Positions 28,994 through 38,040 of a stretch of 64,000 bases of DNA are shown piece after piece. Under the pieces are notes generated by a model that searched no databases, was not told where the DNA came from, and saw nothing but the letters and a program-made list of their open reading frames with translations. The translations under genes were made by a program, and so were the position numbers. The DNA is from Syntrophales bacterium. GTDB taxonomy: Bacteria; Desulfobacterota; Syntrophia; Syntrophales; UBA6807. Location of the stretch: the NCBI GenBank assembly GCA_040767195.1, contig JAXGPA010000001.1:224001-288000 (forward strand), in the 5' to 3' direction. Every line of letters begins with the position of its first letter. Within the stretch, counting starts at the first letter, position 1.

Positions 28994-30480
28994 TAGTCGG
29001 GACGGACCCACTCGGGGAAAAACGCCGGTCTCATGGGATCCCACCGCCCCACGAGACGGTCGAAAGAGGGATGGGGCAGGGTTTCCTTGAAGATCCTGTA
29101 GTAGTAAAGTTCCTCCACCGACGCGAGCCGGGGGTTTCCCTCCAGGGCGTTGAAACGTTTCAGTTCATCCTCCGATATGGCTTTTTCCGCCTGCCGGCGC
29201 ATGATGTAGGCGACCCCGGACCCCTGGGCGAAGAAGCGCTTCGTCTGGTAGATGATGTGGTCCGGAAGGACGCCTTCGAATGCTCCGCGAAGAATCCATT
29301 TGCCCGTCTGTTCATGGCCGTGTATCTTGCTTTCCAGGGGAATTTTCAGGGCAAAGTCCATGACCTTTCCGTCCAGGAAAGGCGTCCGGCTTTCATAGGA
29401 ATTGGCGGCGTTCAACCGGTCCAGTCTCTGCAGGGCCGTGTTGTGGGCGACCTGGATGAGATACTCGATGATGCCGGCCCGCTCCTCGGGATTGCGGGCC
29501 TCCTTGTACTGGCCGTCATACCCTCCGAAAAATTCGTCCGCACCCTCGCCGGTGAGGACGCACTTCGCCTTGCCTTTGATGAAACGCCCGGCCAGGAAAT
29601 TGGCGATCGCCCCGTGAACGCAGCTTTCTTCATACATTTCCTGGTGGCGGATGGCCTGAGGCAGGATCTCTTCGATTTCCCTCTCACCGAACATGAGAAT
29701 CTCGTGTTTCAAACCCAGACAGGCGGCCACGTCTTTCGCCAGGGGAAGATCCTGCCCTTCCTCCATGCTTACGGTGAAGCAGGCGATGTCGGGCTTTATC
29801 TCCCGGGCCATCCAGGCGATGAGGCTGCTGTCCAGGCCGCCGCTGAGAAGGACCCCCGTGACGGCCTGGTCCCGCATGCGTTTTTCCGTCGCTTCCACGA
29901 GGAGGTCCCTGACGACTTTCCGCGCCTGTTCTTCACTCTCGTATTCCGGCGTTTCGACCGCTTCGTTTTTATACCGGCGAAAACCCGTCTCCCGGGAATA
30001 AACGTAGCCCGGGGGGAAGTGCCGGATGTTGAAGCTGATGTCAACCAGGGCTTTCGCTTCCGAAGCGAAACACAGGTTTCCGTCACCGTCGTTCCCGTAA
30101 TAGAGGGGCTTGATGCCTGCCCCATCCCGGGCGAGAATAAGGCGGTTCCCATCGGCTACGGCGCACGCGAAGTCACCGTCCACCCGGGCCGCGAAGCCGT
30201 CGCCGTATCTGTCGTAAAGGTCGAGAATCACCGCGGCGTCGCTTTCGCTTTTTCCCGCTCCGTTGTACACCCGGCCGTCCAGGGCGACGGCCCGGGCCCC
30301 TCTCGACGCCCAGTGGGAAAGGCCCGGGCGGGTGCCCCCCACCTTCAGTTCGTTGCATCCTATGTGGACGGTACCATTTCCATGCTTGCACGTTTCATCG
30401 GGACCCCGATACCGGATTTTCTCAAGCATCCGGTCCAGGGTTCCCCCGTCCTTTCCTAAAACACCTGCGATTCCCGCCAT
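28990..30480 (-). CDS. asparagine synthetase B-like ATP-dependent amide ligase, glutaminase site degenerate
   Basis: RGPD, RDGAGIKPLYY, FASEAKAL, LLSGGLDSS, TGEGADEFFGGY, ESRTPFLD; N-terminus MAGI rather than MCGI. Confidence 0.88.
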   Translation of the reverse strand: MAGIAGVLGKDGGTLDRMLEKIRYRGPDETCKHGNGTVHIGCNELKVGGTRPGLSHWASRGARAVALDGRVYNGAGKSESDAAVILDLYDRYGDGFAARVDGDFACAVADGNRLILARDGAGIKPLYYGNDGDGNLCFASEAKALVDISFNIRHFPPGYVYSRETGFRRYKNEAVETPEYESEEQARKVVRDLLVEATEKRMRDQAVTGVLLSGGLDSSLIAWMAREIKPDIACFTVSMEEGQDLPLAKDVAACLGLKHEILMFGEREIEEILPQAIRHQEMYEESCVHGAIANFLAGRFIKGKAKCVLTGEGADEFFGGYDGQYKEARNPEERAGIIEYLIQVAHNTALQRLDRLNAANSYESRTPFLDGKVMDFALKIPLESKIHGHEQTGKWILRGAFEGVLPDHIIYQTKRFFAQGSGVAYIMRRQAEKAISEDELKRFNALEGNPRLASVEELYYYRIFKETLPHPSFDRLVGRWDPMRPAFFPEWVRPDY

Positions 30481-30575
30481 AAGAAATCAACATCCTCCCT
30501 TGTTTTTTTCCGGCCGCTCCAACGGCTCCGCAAAATACCCCGGACAAACATTCAAGGCCCCGTCCCCCGAGTCTC

Positions 30576-31259
30576 TCACGAAGCCGACCGGTAGGAATCG
30601 AGGATGCGCACCGCGTCGAAGCCGTCGGCGCAGTAAGCGTCGGCGCCGATCTCGCGGGCGAAGTCCTCCGACACCGCGGCGCCGCCGATGAGCACCTTGA
30701 CCGATTCCCGGAGGCCGGCCGCTTTCAGGGCTTCCACGATGTCACCCATGACGAGCATGGTCGTCGTCAGGAGCGCCGATAAACCGAGAAAATCCGGCTT
30801 GTTTTCCCGGACATACGAGACAATCTTGTCCGTGGCAACGTCGATGCCGAGATCGACCACCTCGTAGCCCGCGCCTTTCAGGAGAATGGCCACGATATTT
30901 TTCCCGATGTCGTGAATGTCTCCCTTGACGGTGACGATGGCGAATTTCCCCTTCATGGCGACGTCGGACGCCTCGAGATGGGGTTTCAGAATGTCCATGG
31001 CCTCGCTCACGGCCTCGGCCGAGGCCAGCATGTCCGGGACGTAATATTCCCCGGCGTTGAATTTTTCACCCACCACCTCCATGCCGGCGGTGAGTCCGTC
31101 GGCGATGATTTTCTTTGCTGGGACTTTATTTTCCAGCGCCGCCCGGGTCAGTTCCACCACACCGGGTCCGGTGAGGGTGTCGTCGATGCCCTCGTCCTCT
31201 TCGGTCATCCGGCCTTGAATGACGTTTTCCTTCAGTCTTTCTATGATTTCGTTGTTCAT
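30576..31259 (-). CDS. methyltransferase cognate corrinoid protein
   Basis: GMEVVGEKF, GDIHDIGKNIV (DxHxxG), GLSALLTTT, IGGA. Confidence 0.95.
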   Translation of the reverse strand: MNNEIIERLKENVIQGRMTEEDEGIDDTLTGPGVVELTRAALENKVPAKKIIADGLTAGMEVVGEKFNAGEYYVPDMLASAEAVSEAMDILKPHLEASDVAMKGKFAIVTVKGDIHDIGKNIVAILLKGAGYEVVDLGIDVATDKIVSYVRENKPDFLGLSALLTTTMLVMGDIVEALKAAGLRESVKVLIGGAAVSEDFAREIGADAYCADGFDAVRILDSYRSAS

Positions 31260-32803
31260 TATCCTCTCCCTTCTTTGTAGATGTTCAGCCGTGGCAGCAG
31301 GCCTGGTATTTCACTGAATATGCGTGATGTCTTTTCGCGGTCGATGGGCTCGACGGGTTTCGCCAGGAGGGCTTTCATCCGCTCATGGGCCAGGTGAAAA
31401 ACCCGGTCGCTGCGCCTGTCTCCCTCGAAGGCATAGAGAGGGGACAGGAGACCGCTTCGCATGACTTTCCGGACGTAACCGATGAAAAGCTTCTGCGGCG
31501 TCGGCAGTACCTTTCGGATCTGCCCGAGGATTTCCTCGATCTCCCCGTCGTCGATCCGGGGAGGCCTGAGAAAATGCCTGATCATGGCGAAATGGGCGTC
31601 ATCGAGCACCGCCTGGAGAGGGGAAAAGACAGCATTGCAGTCCAGGAGACCGTAGGCGCAGTGGAGAAACTGGGGCCCGCTCATGGTGACGGTGATATTG
31701 GAGAAAAGGCGCTCGACGGATGACTGCTGACCGGGAACCATGGCATCGCTGATCCCCGAGGTCGAATAATTCGGGATCCCATAGAACCGGGCCATCTGGG
31801 TGCAGTCGATGGTGTACTGGCTCGTTTCCACGGCGCCGTATGAATCGGCGAGCGTGTCCATCCGTGTTTTTGTGGGGACCGTTCCATACAGGATGGGCGT
31901 TCCCCCGTTGACAAGCTGCCCCAGGGTGATCCCCGCGAGAACTTCCGCGTTGATCTGGGCCAGGATGCCCGCTTCCTTGATGGGGGCGGTGCTCCCCGCC
32001 TGGGGCGCCGAGGAAACCACCACGGGAAGCCCCCGGGCACAGATCTCCATGAAGGCGTCCGTCGTGTCGTCCACAAACTGGAGGGGACTCTTGACGAGAC
32101 AGCAGATGAGCGAGATTATCGGGTTTCTTTTCAGTGCCTCTTCACCGCCGGCAATGATTTCCGCCATTCTGACGACGTTATCGAGCTGGCCGAGACTGGT
32201 GAGACCGGCCTGAACGTGCTTGGTCGTGTTGTTCAGGGAGGCGAAAAACTTGTTCACGTCCTTGTTGTCCTCGGTGATGTCCCTGTCCTGGATGTTGACG
32301 TTCCGGATGAACCCGTCGAGGGTGTCCAGGTGTTCCGAAAGATGGGCGGACAGGCACAGATCGTCGACGGTTCCCCGCCGGGGGACGAACTCGGGGACCC
32401 CGATCTCCACGGACGGATCGGATTTTTTCGTATAGGGCTGAAATACCGTGTCGAGCCAGACGTTCGTTTCCGAACCAGTGATGAAGTAAACCCTCGGCTC
32501 GTCACCCTTCATGACAAGGGTGTTGTCGGGGTTGCGGGCACCCAGTGTCACCGTCTTCGGCGCCTTTTCGAGGCCGTCCTCAACCAGCCGTTCCGGAAGT
32601 TTGACGGTCCAGTGCGGCGGGTCGCTCTTTGTGACGGGCGAGACATGGGCGCCCGCGGCGGCCAGAAGGTCCGCCGCTTTCTCGTTGAAGGAGATGAGGC
32701 CCGGGTCCCGCAGAATCTCAAGGGATGCCCGGTGTATTTTTTTCACCTGCTCTCCTGTCAGCCGTTCATAGGGTTTTTCTATGACAATACCTTCTCGAGG
32801 CAC
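31259..32803 (-). CDS. MttB-superfamily (trimethylamine methyltransferase-like) enzyme, non-pyrrolysine, divergent
   Basis: IHRASLEIL, AEVLAGITLGQLVNGGTP, QMARFYGIP..SGISDAM; no in-frame TAG. Confidence 0.85.
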   Translation of the reverse strand: MPREGIVIEKPYERLTGEQVKKIHRASLEILRDPGLISFNEKAADLLAAAGAHVSPVTKSDPPHWTVKLPERLVEDGLEKAPKTVTLGARNPDNTLVMKGDEPRVYFITGSETNVWLDTVFQPYTKKSDPSVEIGVPEFVPRRGTVDDLCLSAHLSEHLDTLDGFIRNVNIQDRDITEDNKDVNKFFASLNNTTKHVQAGLTSLGQLDNVVRMAEIIAGGEEALKRNPIISLICCLVKSPLQFVDDTTDAFMEICARGLPVVVSSAPQAGSTAPIKEAGILAQINAEVLAGITLGQLVNGGTPILYGTVPTKTRMDTLADSYGAVETSQYTIDCTQMARFYGIPNYSTSGISDAMVPGQQSSVERLFSNITVTMSGPQFLHCAYGLLDCNAVFSPLQAVLDDAHFAMIRHFLRPPRIDDGEIEEILGQIRKVLPTPQKLFIGYVRKVMRSGLLSPLYAFEGDRRSDRVFHLAHERMKALLAKPVEPIDREKTSRIFSEIPGLLPRLNIYKEGRG

Positions 32804-32834
32804 TTCTTCGACCTCCTCTTTTCATGTGGGGTTT

Positions 32835-33644
32835 TCAGTCGCTGATCAGCCCTTTCCGATGGGCCCTGATGAACCCCTTGCACATGGGGTCCCGGTTGGA
32901 GAGCATGTCGGCGACCCGGACGAGACTCATCAGCCTCCTGTCCAGCGGGTTCAGGATGGCCGCGTCGAGGCCGGCCGCCGCGGCCATGAGGAAAAACGAC
33001 CGGTTGACGATCCCCCGGTTGGGCAGACCGTACGATATGTTGCTGAGCCCCATGATCGTTTTCGCCGACGGATACCGTTCCTTGATTTTTTCGATGGTTC
33101 TGAGCGTGACGAGAGCCTGGGTCGTGTCGACGGAAATGGGAAGAACGAGGGGGTCGAAATAGACCTGTTCTTCACGGACCCCCGATTTTTCAAGATGCGC
33201 CATGATGGTGCCGGCCGCCTCGAGCCGTTCTTCCACGGTCCGGGGGATTCCCCCCTCCCGCATGACGAGAGCCACGAGAAGGGCTCCCCTGTCCGCCGCC
33301 AGGGGCCCGACGGCATTCAGTCGCGCCGGTTCGGCGTCCACCGAATTGATCATCACCGTCTTGCCGTCATACCGTTCCAGGGCGGTTTTCAGGACGGCCG
33401 GGTCATCGCTGTCGATACACAGGGGCTTGTCCACGGCCTTTCTGACATGATCCACGAGCCAGGCCATGGCGGCGGCCCCGCTTTCCCAGGCCCCCCCGCC
33501 GACGCCGGCGTTGACATCGATGAAGTCGGCACCGGCCTCGGCCTGCTCCTTCGCCAGGTTCATGAGAAAGGTTTCGTCCCTGTCCTCGATGGCCCGGCCC
33601 ACGGATTTTATGGATGCGTTGATTTTTTCACCGACAATAAGCAT
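32835..33644 (-). CDS. methyltetrahydrofolate:corrinoid methyltransferase (AcsE/MtgA-like pterin-binding)
   Basis: MLIVGEKIN, IDVNAG, CIDS, MINS, FDPLV, GLSNISYGLP, GLDAAILNP. Confidence 0.93.
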   Translation of the reverse strand: MLIVGEKINASIKSVGRAIEDRDETFLMNLAKEQAEAGADFIDVNAGVGGGAWESGAAAMAWLVDHVRKAVDKPLCIDSDDPAVLKTALERYDGKTVMINSVDAEPARLNAVGPLAADRGALLVALVMREGGIPRTVEERLEAAGTIMAHLEKSGVREEQVYFDPLVLPISVDTTQALVTLRTIEKIKERYPSAKTIMGLSNISYGLPNRGIVNRSFFLMAAAAGLDAAILNPLDRRLMSLVRVADMLSNRDPMCKGFIRAHRKGLISD

Positions 33645-33656
33645 GAAGTCTTCTCC

Positions 33657-35117
33657 TCACTCAAGTAAAAGTCCCGGTATGCCCATGCGGAGCGTTTCCC
33701 TGAGAGTCTCCGGAATGTAGGACACGGGTTCACGATCGAGAACGGCCCGGACCTTTTCAGCGGCCCTGGTCTTCGTCTCCCTGGCGCCGGCCGCCTCCCA
33801 CCGGGGCCGGTCCTCCTTGTCGCTCAACTCCGGGAAAAACTGCTCCGTCCGCATGTGATGGCGGGTATGGCGGGACGAAATATAGTGTCCTCCCGGCCCG
33901 GCTTTCCTGATCAGGTCGTAGGCCAGGGTGTCGTCGTTGACGGTGATCCCCTCCACGGCCCGCATGACCATGCCGCAGATCTCGTTGTCGATGACCAGCT
34001 TGTCGTAGGAGGCGGTCATGCAGAACTCGAGAAACCCGGCGGCATCGTGGATGAAGTTCCCGCCGGCGAGAGCGACGAGCACATTGGTGACGGCCGATTC
34101 ATAACCCGCCTGGGCATCGTTCACCTTGGAATCGGACATGCCGGCCGTCGCGTAATACGGAAGCCGGTAAAACTGGGCCATCTGGGCCGCCCCGGCGTTC
34201 AGAAGTCCCATTTCGACGGATCCGGAAAGATATTTCAGGGTCCGGAGTTCGGCAACGGAAGCGACGGAACCGAAAATGGCGGGCGTCCCGGGGTTCACGA
34301 GCTGGGTCAGCATGACCCCGGCCAGCGTGTCGGCGGTGAGGACGACGAGGTTGCCCGCCAGGGTCACCGGCGAGGTGGCCCCGCAGAGGGGTTCAGCCGG
34401 CACTACCACGGGGATGCCCCTCCGGGCCGTTTCGATGGTGAGCTGCGAGTAGTGTTCATCGAGCCTGAGCGGACTGACCACGCAGGTCACCACGGAGATG
34501 AAGGGCCGTTCCCGGAGATTCCCGGCACCCCCGGCGATTTGCTCGGCCATTTTGATGACGTTCCTCACCCCTTCCCGGGTGTAGACGCCGCCCATGACAT
34601 GTTTTCTCGTGTAGTTAAGCGCCGTTCCGAACCGGTTGACGTCGACGGTTTCCCCGGGAAGCTCGTTGGGATACACGTTGAGCATGTAAAAATGAACGTT
34701 GTCGAGGACATCCACCAGCCGGGCCATGTTCCTGATGTCGCCAAGAGAGGCCGGGCGCGTGGTGTCCGAACCCGGGTCCTGGACGTTCAGGGCGGTGCCT
34801 CCCGTGCCCATGTAGACCCGCGTCCCCCCGATGTGGCAGTCCAGATCGCCCTTCTCGTCACGCCCGCAGAGGGTCACGGTGTCGGGGGCCTTCGAAATCA
34901 GGTCCTGGGCAAGCCCTGCGGGAATCCTGACGACGCATCTCTCCTCGTCGACGGCCGCCCCGGCGCTTCGAAAAAGATCACGCGCCTCGTCGAGCCGGAC
35001 CTCGATTCCCACGTCCTCAAGGACCTTGAAAACCGTCTCGTGTATCTTTCCGATATCTTCCGCGGTGAGGGGCTTATAGCGCCCCCCGGTCAATCCTTTT
35101 CTCACTTTCACTTTCAT
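33657..35117 (-). CDS. MttB-superfamily methyltransferase, non-pyrrolysine
   Basis: GATSPVTLAG, QLVNPGTP, QMAQFYRLP..AGMSDSKVNDAQAGYE, LVIDNE, GPGGHY; no in-frame TAG. Confidence 0.93.
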   Translation of the reverse strand: MKVKVRKGLTGGRYKPLTAEDIGKIHETVFKVLEDVGIEVRLDEARDLFRSAGAAVDEERCVVRIPAGLAQDLISKAPDTVTLCGRDEKGDLDCHIGGTRVYMGTGGTALNVQDPGSDTTRPASLGDIRNMARLVDVLDNVHFYMLNVYPNELPGETVDVNRFGTALNYTRKHVMGGVYTREGVRNVIKMAEQIAGGAGNLRERPFISVVTCVVSPLRLDEHYSQLTIETARRGIPVVVPAEPLCGATSPVTLAGNLVVLTADTLAGVMLTQLVNPGTPAIFGSVASVAELRTLKYLSGSVEMGLLNAGAAQMAQFYRLPYYATAGMSDSKVNDAQAGYESAVTNVLVALAGGNFIHDAAGFLEFCMTASYDKLVIDNEICGMVMRAVEGITVNDDTLAYDLIRKAGPGGHYISSRHTRHHMRTEQFFPELSDKEDRPRWEAAGARETKTRAAEKVRAVLDREPVSYIPETLRETLRMGIPGLLLE

Positions 35118-35994
35118 AAGGGGCCTTCCTGTCCATGTTAAGCTGGTTAACGATCTGGGTTACGTGATCGCTTCGGTTCATGCTGTAAAAATGGAGTCCC
35201 GGTATGCCGTTTTCGAGAAGACCCTCGCTCTGGCGAATGGCGTGTTCCATGCCGTACCGGGCGACCTCGTCGGCCCTGTCACTGACAGCCTCCAGTTGGG
35301 CGAAGAGAGGTTCGGGAATCGCCGCGCCGCAGAGAGACGCGATTTTCGCAATCTGCTTGAAATTGAAAACGGGAAAGATGCCCGGAATGATGGGAACCGC
35401 GATGCCCCGGGAAACGGCCTTGTCCCGGAACCGGTAGAAATCGTCGTTGTCGAAGAAAAGCTGGGTGATAATGAAGTCGGCGCCAGCGTCCACTTTCTTC
35501 TTCAGGTTTTCCAGGTCCGTCTCGAGGTCGGGCGCCTCCACGTGACATTCCGGATACCCGGCGACGGCAACGGAAAAATCGCCGTGCCTGTTTATGAACG
35601 TGACCAGCTCGTTGGCGTATTCGAACCCGCCGTCGCTTTTCCTGAAGGATGTTTCGCCGTTCGGCGGATCTCCCCTGAGCGCAAGAATGTTCCTGATGTT
35701 TTCCCGCTCCAGATGGCCGAGGATTTCCAGGATGTCTTTTTCCGAGGCTTCCACGCAGGTCAGATGGGTCAACACCTCCGTGCCCACGTGGTTTTTGATC
35801 CGGGAGGCGATCTCGAACGTCATTTCCTGCGTGCTGCCGCCGGCCCCGTAGGTGACGGAGATGAAATCGGGATCGATCGTCACAAGGGCGTCGATGGTGG
35901 CGAACAGTTCCCTGGTGCTTCTCTCCCGGGCGGGTGGAAAGATTTCAAATGACAACACAAGCCTGTCCTTCTGAAAGAACTCTTTTATCTTCAT
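35074..35994 (-). CDS. metF: 5,10-methylenetetrahydrofolate reductase
   Basis: SFEIFPP, SVTYGAGGS, HLTC, LALRGDPP, AGYPECH, ITQLFFD, LHFYSMN. Confidence 0.96.
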   Translation of the reverse strand: MKIKEFFQKDRLVLSFEIFPPARERSTRELFATIDALVTIDPDFISVTYGAGGSTQEMTFEIASRIKNHVGTEVLTHLTCVEASEKDILEILGHLERENIRNILALRGDPPNGETSFRKSDGGFEYANELVTFINRHGDFSVAVAGYPECHVEAPDLETDLENLKKKVDAGADFIITQLFFDNDDFYRFRDKAVSRGIAVPIIPGIFPVFNFKQIAKIASLCGAAIPEPLFAQLEAVSDRADEVARYGMEHAIRQSEGLLENGIPGLHFYSMNRSDHVTQIVNQLNMDRKAPYESESEKRIDRGAL

Positions 35995-36044
35995 TCGATA
36001 CCCCGTCTGTATGGTCTTATGAAGGGAAACGCGGCAGGGCCCGG

Positions 36045-36734
36045 TCAGGCGTCACCGTGCCGGCGCGCGTTGCAGGTTCTGTTGTCGCAGTGCGCGCACG
36101 GGTTGTAAAGACGCGGCTTGCCTTCGGCGTTCCGGCGATAGAGCCCGAAGATCCCCGAAACGGTCTTACGGGGGTGCATCAGGCAGGAAGCCGTCATCGT
36201 CACGCCGATCGAATCGGTGTCCACGAGATGAAACAGCTTCTTCTGTTCCGTGATCGGCCAGTCGCAGTACCCGGGGCTGAAACGGAGGGTGAGCCCGAAT
36301 CCTTTCTTCCCGTAGTGACGTTTCATGTGGTTGTAGAACGTGTTGACCGTGTATTCCGCTGTCAGCGACCCGAGCCGGTCCAGGATGTACGCCTCGGTCA
36401 GCTTGCCGTCATCGTTGAGCCGCGCAACCTCCTCTTCGACGGCGCTTCCGATGGTAACCACGAAGAAGACCGCCTCGTCGCAAGGCGCAAGAACTTTCGC
36501 GAGAATCGGGCTGGTGAAGGGAACCCCTTGACCGATGCGAACGGTGTCTTTTTCCATGTTTTGTATTCTTTCGACCGTGTAGGAAAGGGCCGGTGACGCG
36601 AGCTCCTGAAGGACTTCGTTGAGGTCGCCCCTTCCCCTGAACCGGAGGTCGGAGAACCGGCCGAATTCCCGCCTTTCCAGGAGGTGACCGAGTTTCTCAT
36701 GATCAAAGGATATGGTAATCTGTGGTTGAGACAT
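36045..36734 (-). CDS. second stand-alone MetH-type reactivation (AdoMet) domain with C-terminal Cys cluster
   Basis: FVVTIG, AYILDRLGS, RFSPGYCDW, MHPRKTVSGIFG, CAHCDNRTC. Confidence 0.85.
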   Translation of the reverse strand: MSQPQITISFDHEKLGHLLERREFGRFSDLRFRGRGDLNEVLQELASPALSYTVERIQNMEKDTVRIGQGVPFTSPILAKVLAPCDEAVFFVVTIGSAVEEEVARLNDDGKLTEAYILDRLGSLTAEYTVNTFYNHMKRHYGKKGFGLTLRFSPGYCDWPITEQKKLFHLVDTDSIGVTMTASCLMHPRKTVSGIFGLYRRNAEGKPRLYNPCAHCDNRTCNARRHGDA

Positions 36735-36803
36735 AGGTTACCCCTTTTTCTTCGTTCAAAAAACCTGACGCCTGCCGATCGTGATCGTGATTATGTGCGG
36801 AAG

Positions 36804-36867
36804 AATTATTGCTGCTATAATTATTTCAACTGGAAATATTTCTACAAAAAAACGCGCCGTCTGTCAA
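36804..36867 (-). promoter_or_regulatory. promoter (TTGACA-N17-TAGAAA) of the methyltransferase operon with two adjacent AT-rich dyads, probable MarR operators
   Basis: -35 at 36867-36862, -10 at 36844-36839; TATTTC-N5-GAAATA 36822-36838; AATTAT-N7-ATAATT 36804-36822. Confidence 0.7.
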
Positions 36868-36933
36868 GAAATTAAATTAACATCCCTTTATTGTTTGATA
36901 AAACTTCTGAAGGCCTGGTGCGGGGGCCACCTG

Positions 36934-37452
36934 TCAGATGGGGAGATGGGGGTCCTCGTGATGCTCTTCTTCGAGGGGCCCCACATCGAGCATGTGGGTG
37001 AGAATTCCCATATTGTGAATGATATCGTGAAGCTGGCGGGACGACAACCGCTTGAGACCATCGACGATCTTCTGCTGGATGGGAGGGGGGGCATTCCGGG
37101 CGAGAACTCTCCCCGCTTCGGTCAGTTCAATGGTGATCACCCGCCGGTCCTGTGAGCTCCGGGTGCGCTTGACCAGGCCCTTGACCTCGAGACGATCGAT
37201 GACACCCGTCAGGGTGCTCGATTTCAGCATGATCTGCCGGGCGATCCGGGAAGGCGGAAGAGGCCCCTTCTCGTACAGGGACAGGAGGCAGTTGAGCTGC
37301 GGGGCGCTCACCTGGTAGTTTTTGTTCAATTCCTTCGTGTACTGGTAACCGGCCTGCATGAGGCGGCGGATTTGATAGATGATCCGGCGGATCTGTTCCT
37401 GCTGGCGTTCCGGCCCGTCAGGTATCCCGCCGTTCTGAGTGTCTTCTTCCAT
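36934..37452 (-). CDS. MarR-family transcriptional regulator (CosR/EctR-like)
   Basis: STLTGVIDRLEVKGLVKRTRSSQDRRVITIELTEAG wHTH; ELNKNYQVSAPQL and APPPIQ resemble CosR/EctR from memory. Confidence 0.9.
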   Translation of the reverse strand: MEEDTQNGGIPDGPERQQEQIRRIIYQIRRLMQAGYQYTKELNKNYQVSAPQLNCLLSLYEKGPLPPSRIARQIMLKSSTLTGVIDRLEVKGLVKRTRSSQDRRVITIELTEAGRVLARNAPPPIQQKIVDGLKRLSSRQLHDIIHNMGILTHMLDVGPLEEEHHEDPHLPI

Positions 37453-37785
37453 GATCCCTGCTTTTCGTTAAAAATTGATCCGTGCGGCCGAGGCTTTCTG
37501 CGCTGAAACCAGTGTCCCTTCCGTGCTCCCGGAATCCACCGGACCCGCCCGAGTTCCATTCCAGACCGAATTGGTAGCACAAAGGGCCGATAAAAGTCAA
37601 AACGGAAGGCGACAACCGTTCCACCAACCCGGTACGGGCGCTAAAAAAACGGCGTATCCCCCTCTCCGGGGAAGCGTTTTCGAGATAACCGCCGGCGGCG
37701 ACAGCAGGAACGGGAGGCGAAATTTGAGGGGCTCGCGAAATCCCATGAGGGTGAGCGGGGATCCGGAAGAGGTCTCGTGATAACC

Positions 37786-37822
37786 AAGAAAAAAAGGGGC
37801 CAAGAAAAATTCTTAAACCCCC
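37786..37822 (-). terminator. intrinsic terminator after the tRNA pair
   Basis: Minus strand GGGGGTTTAAGAA..TTCTTGGCCCC followed by T7. Confidence 0.6.
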
Positions 37823-37833
37823 GTTTCGTTTAC

Positions 37834-37908
37834 TGGTGGTCCCACGGAGAATCGAACTCCGGTTTCAGGCGTGAGAGGCCCGCGTCCTAACCGCTAGACG
37901 ATGGGACC
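37834..37908 (-). tRNA. tRNA-Glu(CTC)
   Basis: GGTCCCATCGTCTAGCGGTTAGGACGCGGGCCTCTCACGCCTGAAACCGGAGTTCGATTCTCCGTGGGACCACCA. Confidence 0.96.
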
Positions 37909-37909
37909 A

Positions 37910-37983
37910 TGGCTGGGGGACCAGGATTCGAACCTGGGTAGCAGAATCCAGAGTCCTGAGTCCTACCGCTAGACGATCCCCCA
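37910..37983 (-). tRNA. tRNA-Gln(CTG)
   Basis: TGGGGGATCGTCTAGCGGTAGGACTCAGGACTCTGGATTCTGCTACCCAGGTTCGAATCCTGGTCCCCCAGCCA. Confidence 0.96.
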
Positions 37984-38040
37984 GCAATTTTAAGAATCCC
38001 CCGATTAAAGGATCCGCGGAAAAATGTCAAGAACTAAATT

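Noticed and set aside
31259..35117. Pyrrolysine recoding in the mttB genes
   Set aside because: Both frames are open with no TAG; no pyl genes in the window
28990..37833. tRNA-Glu-anchored genomic island carrying the methyltransferase cluster
   Set aside because: No integrase and no duplicated tRNA 3' end seen by eye; the same applies to tRNA-Val
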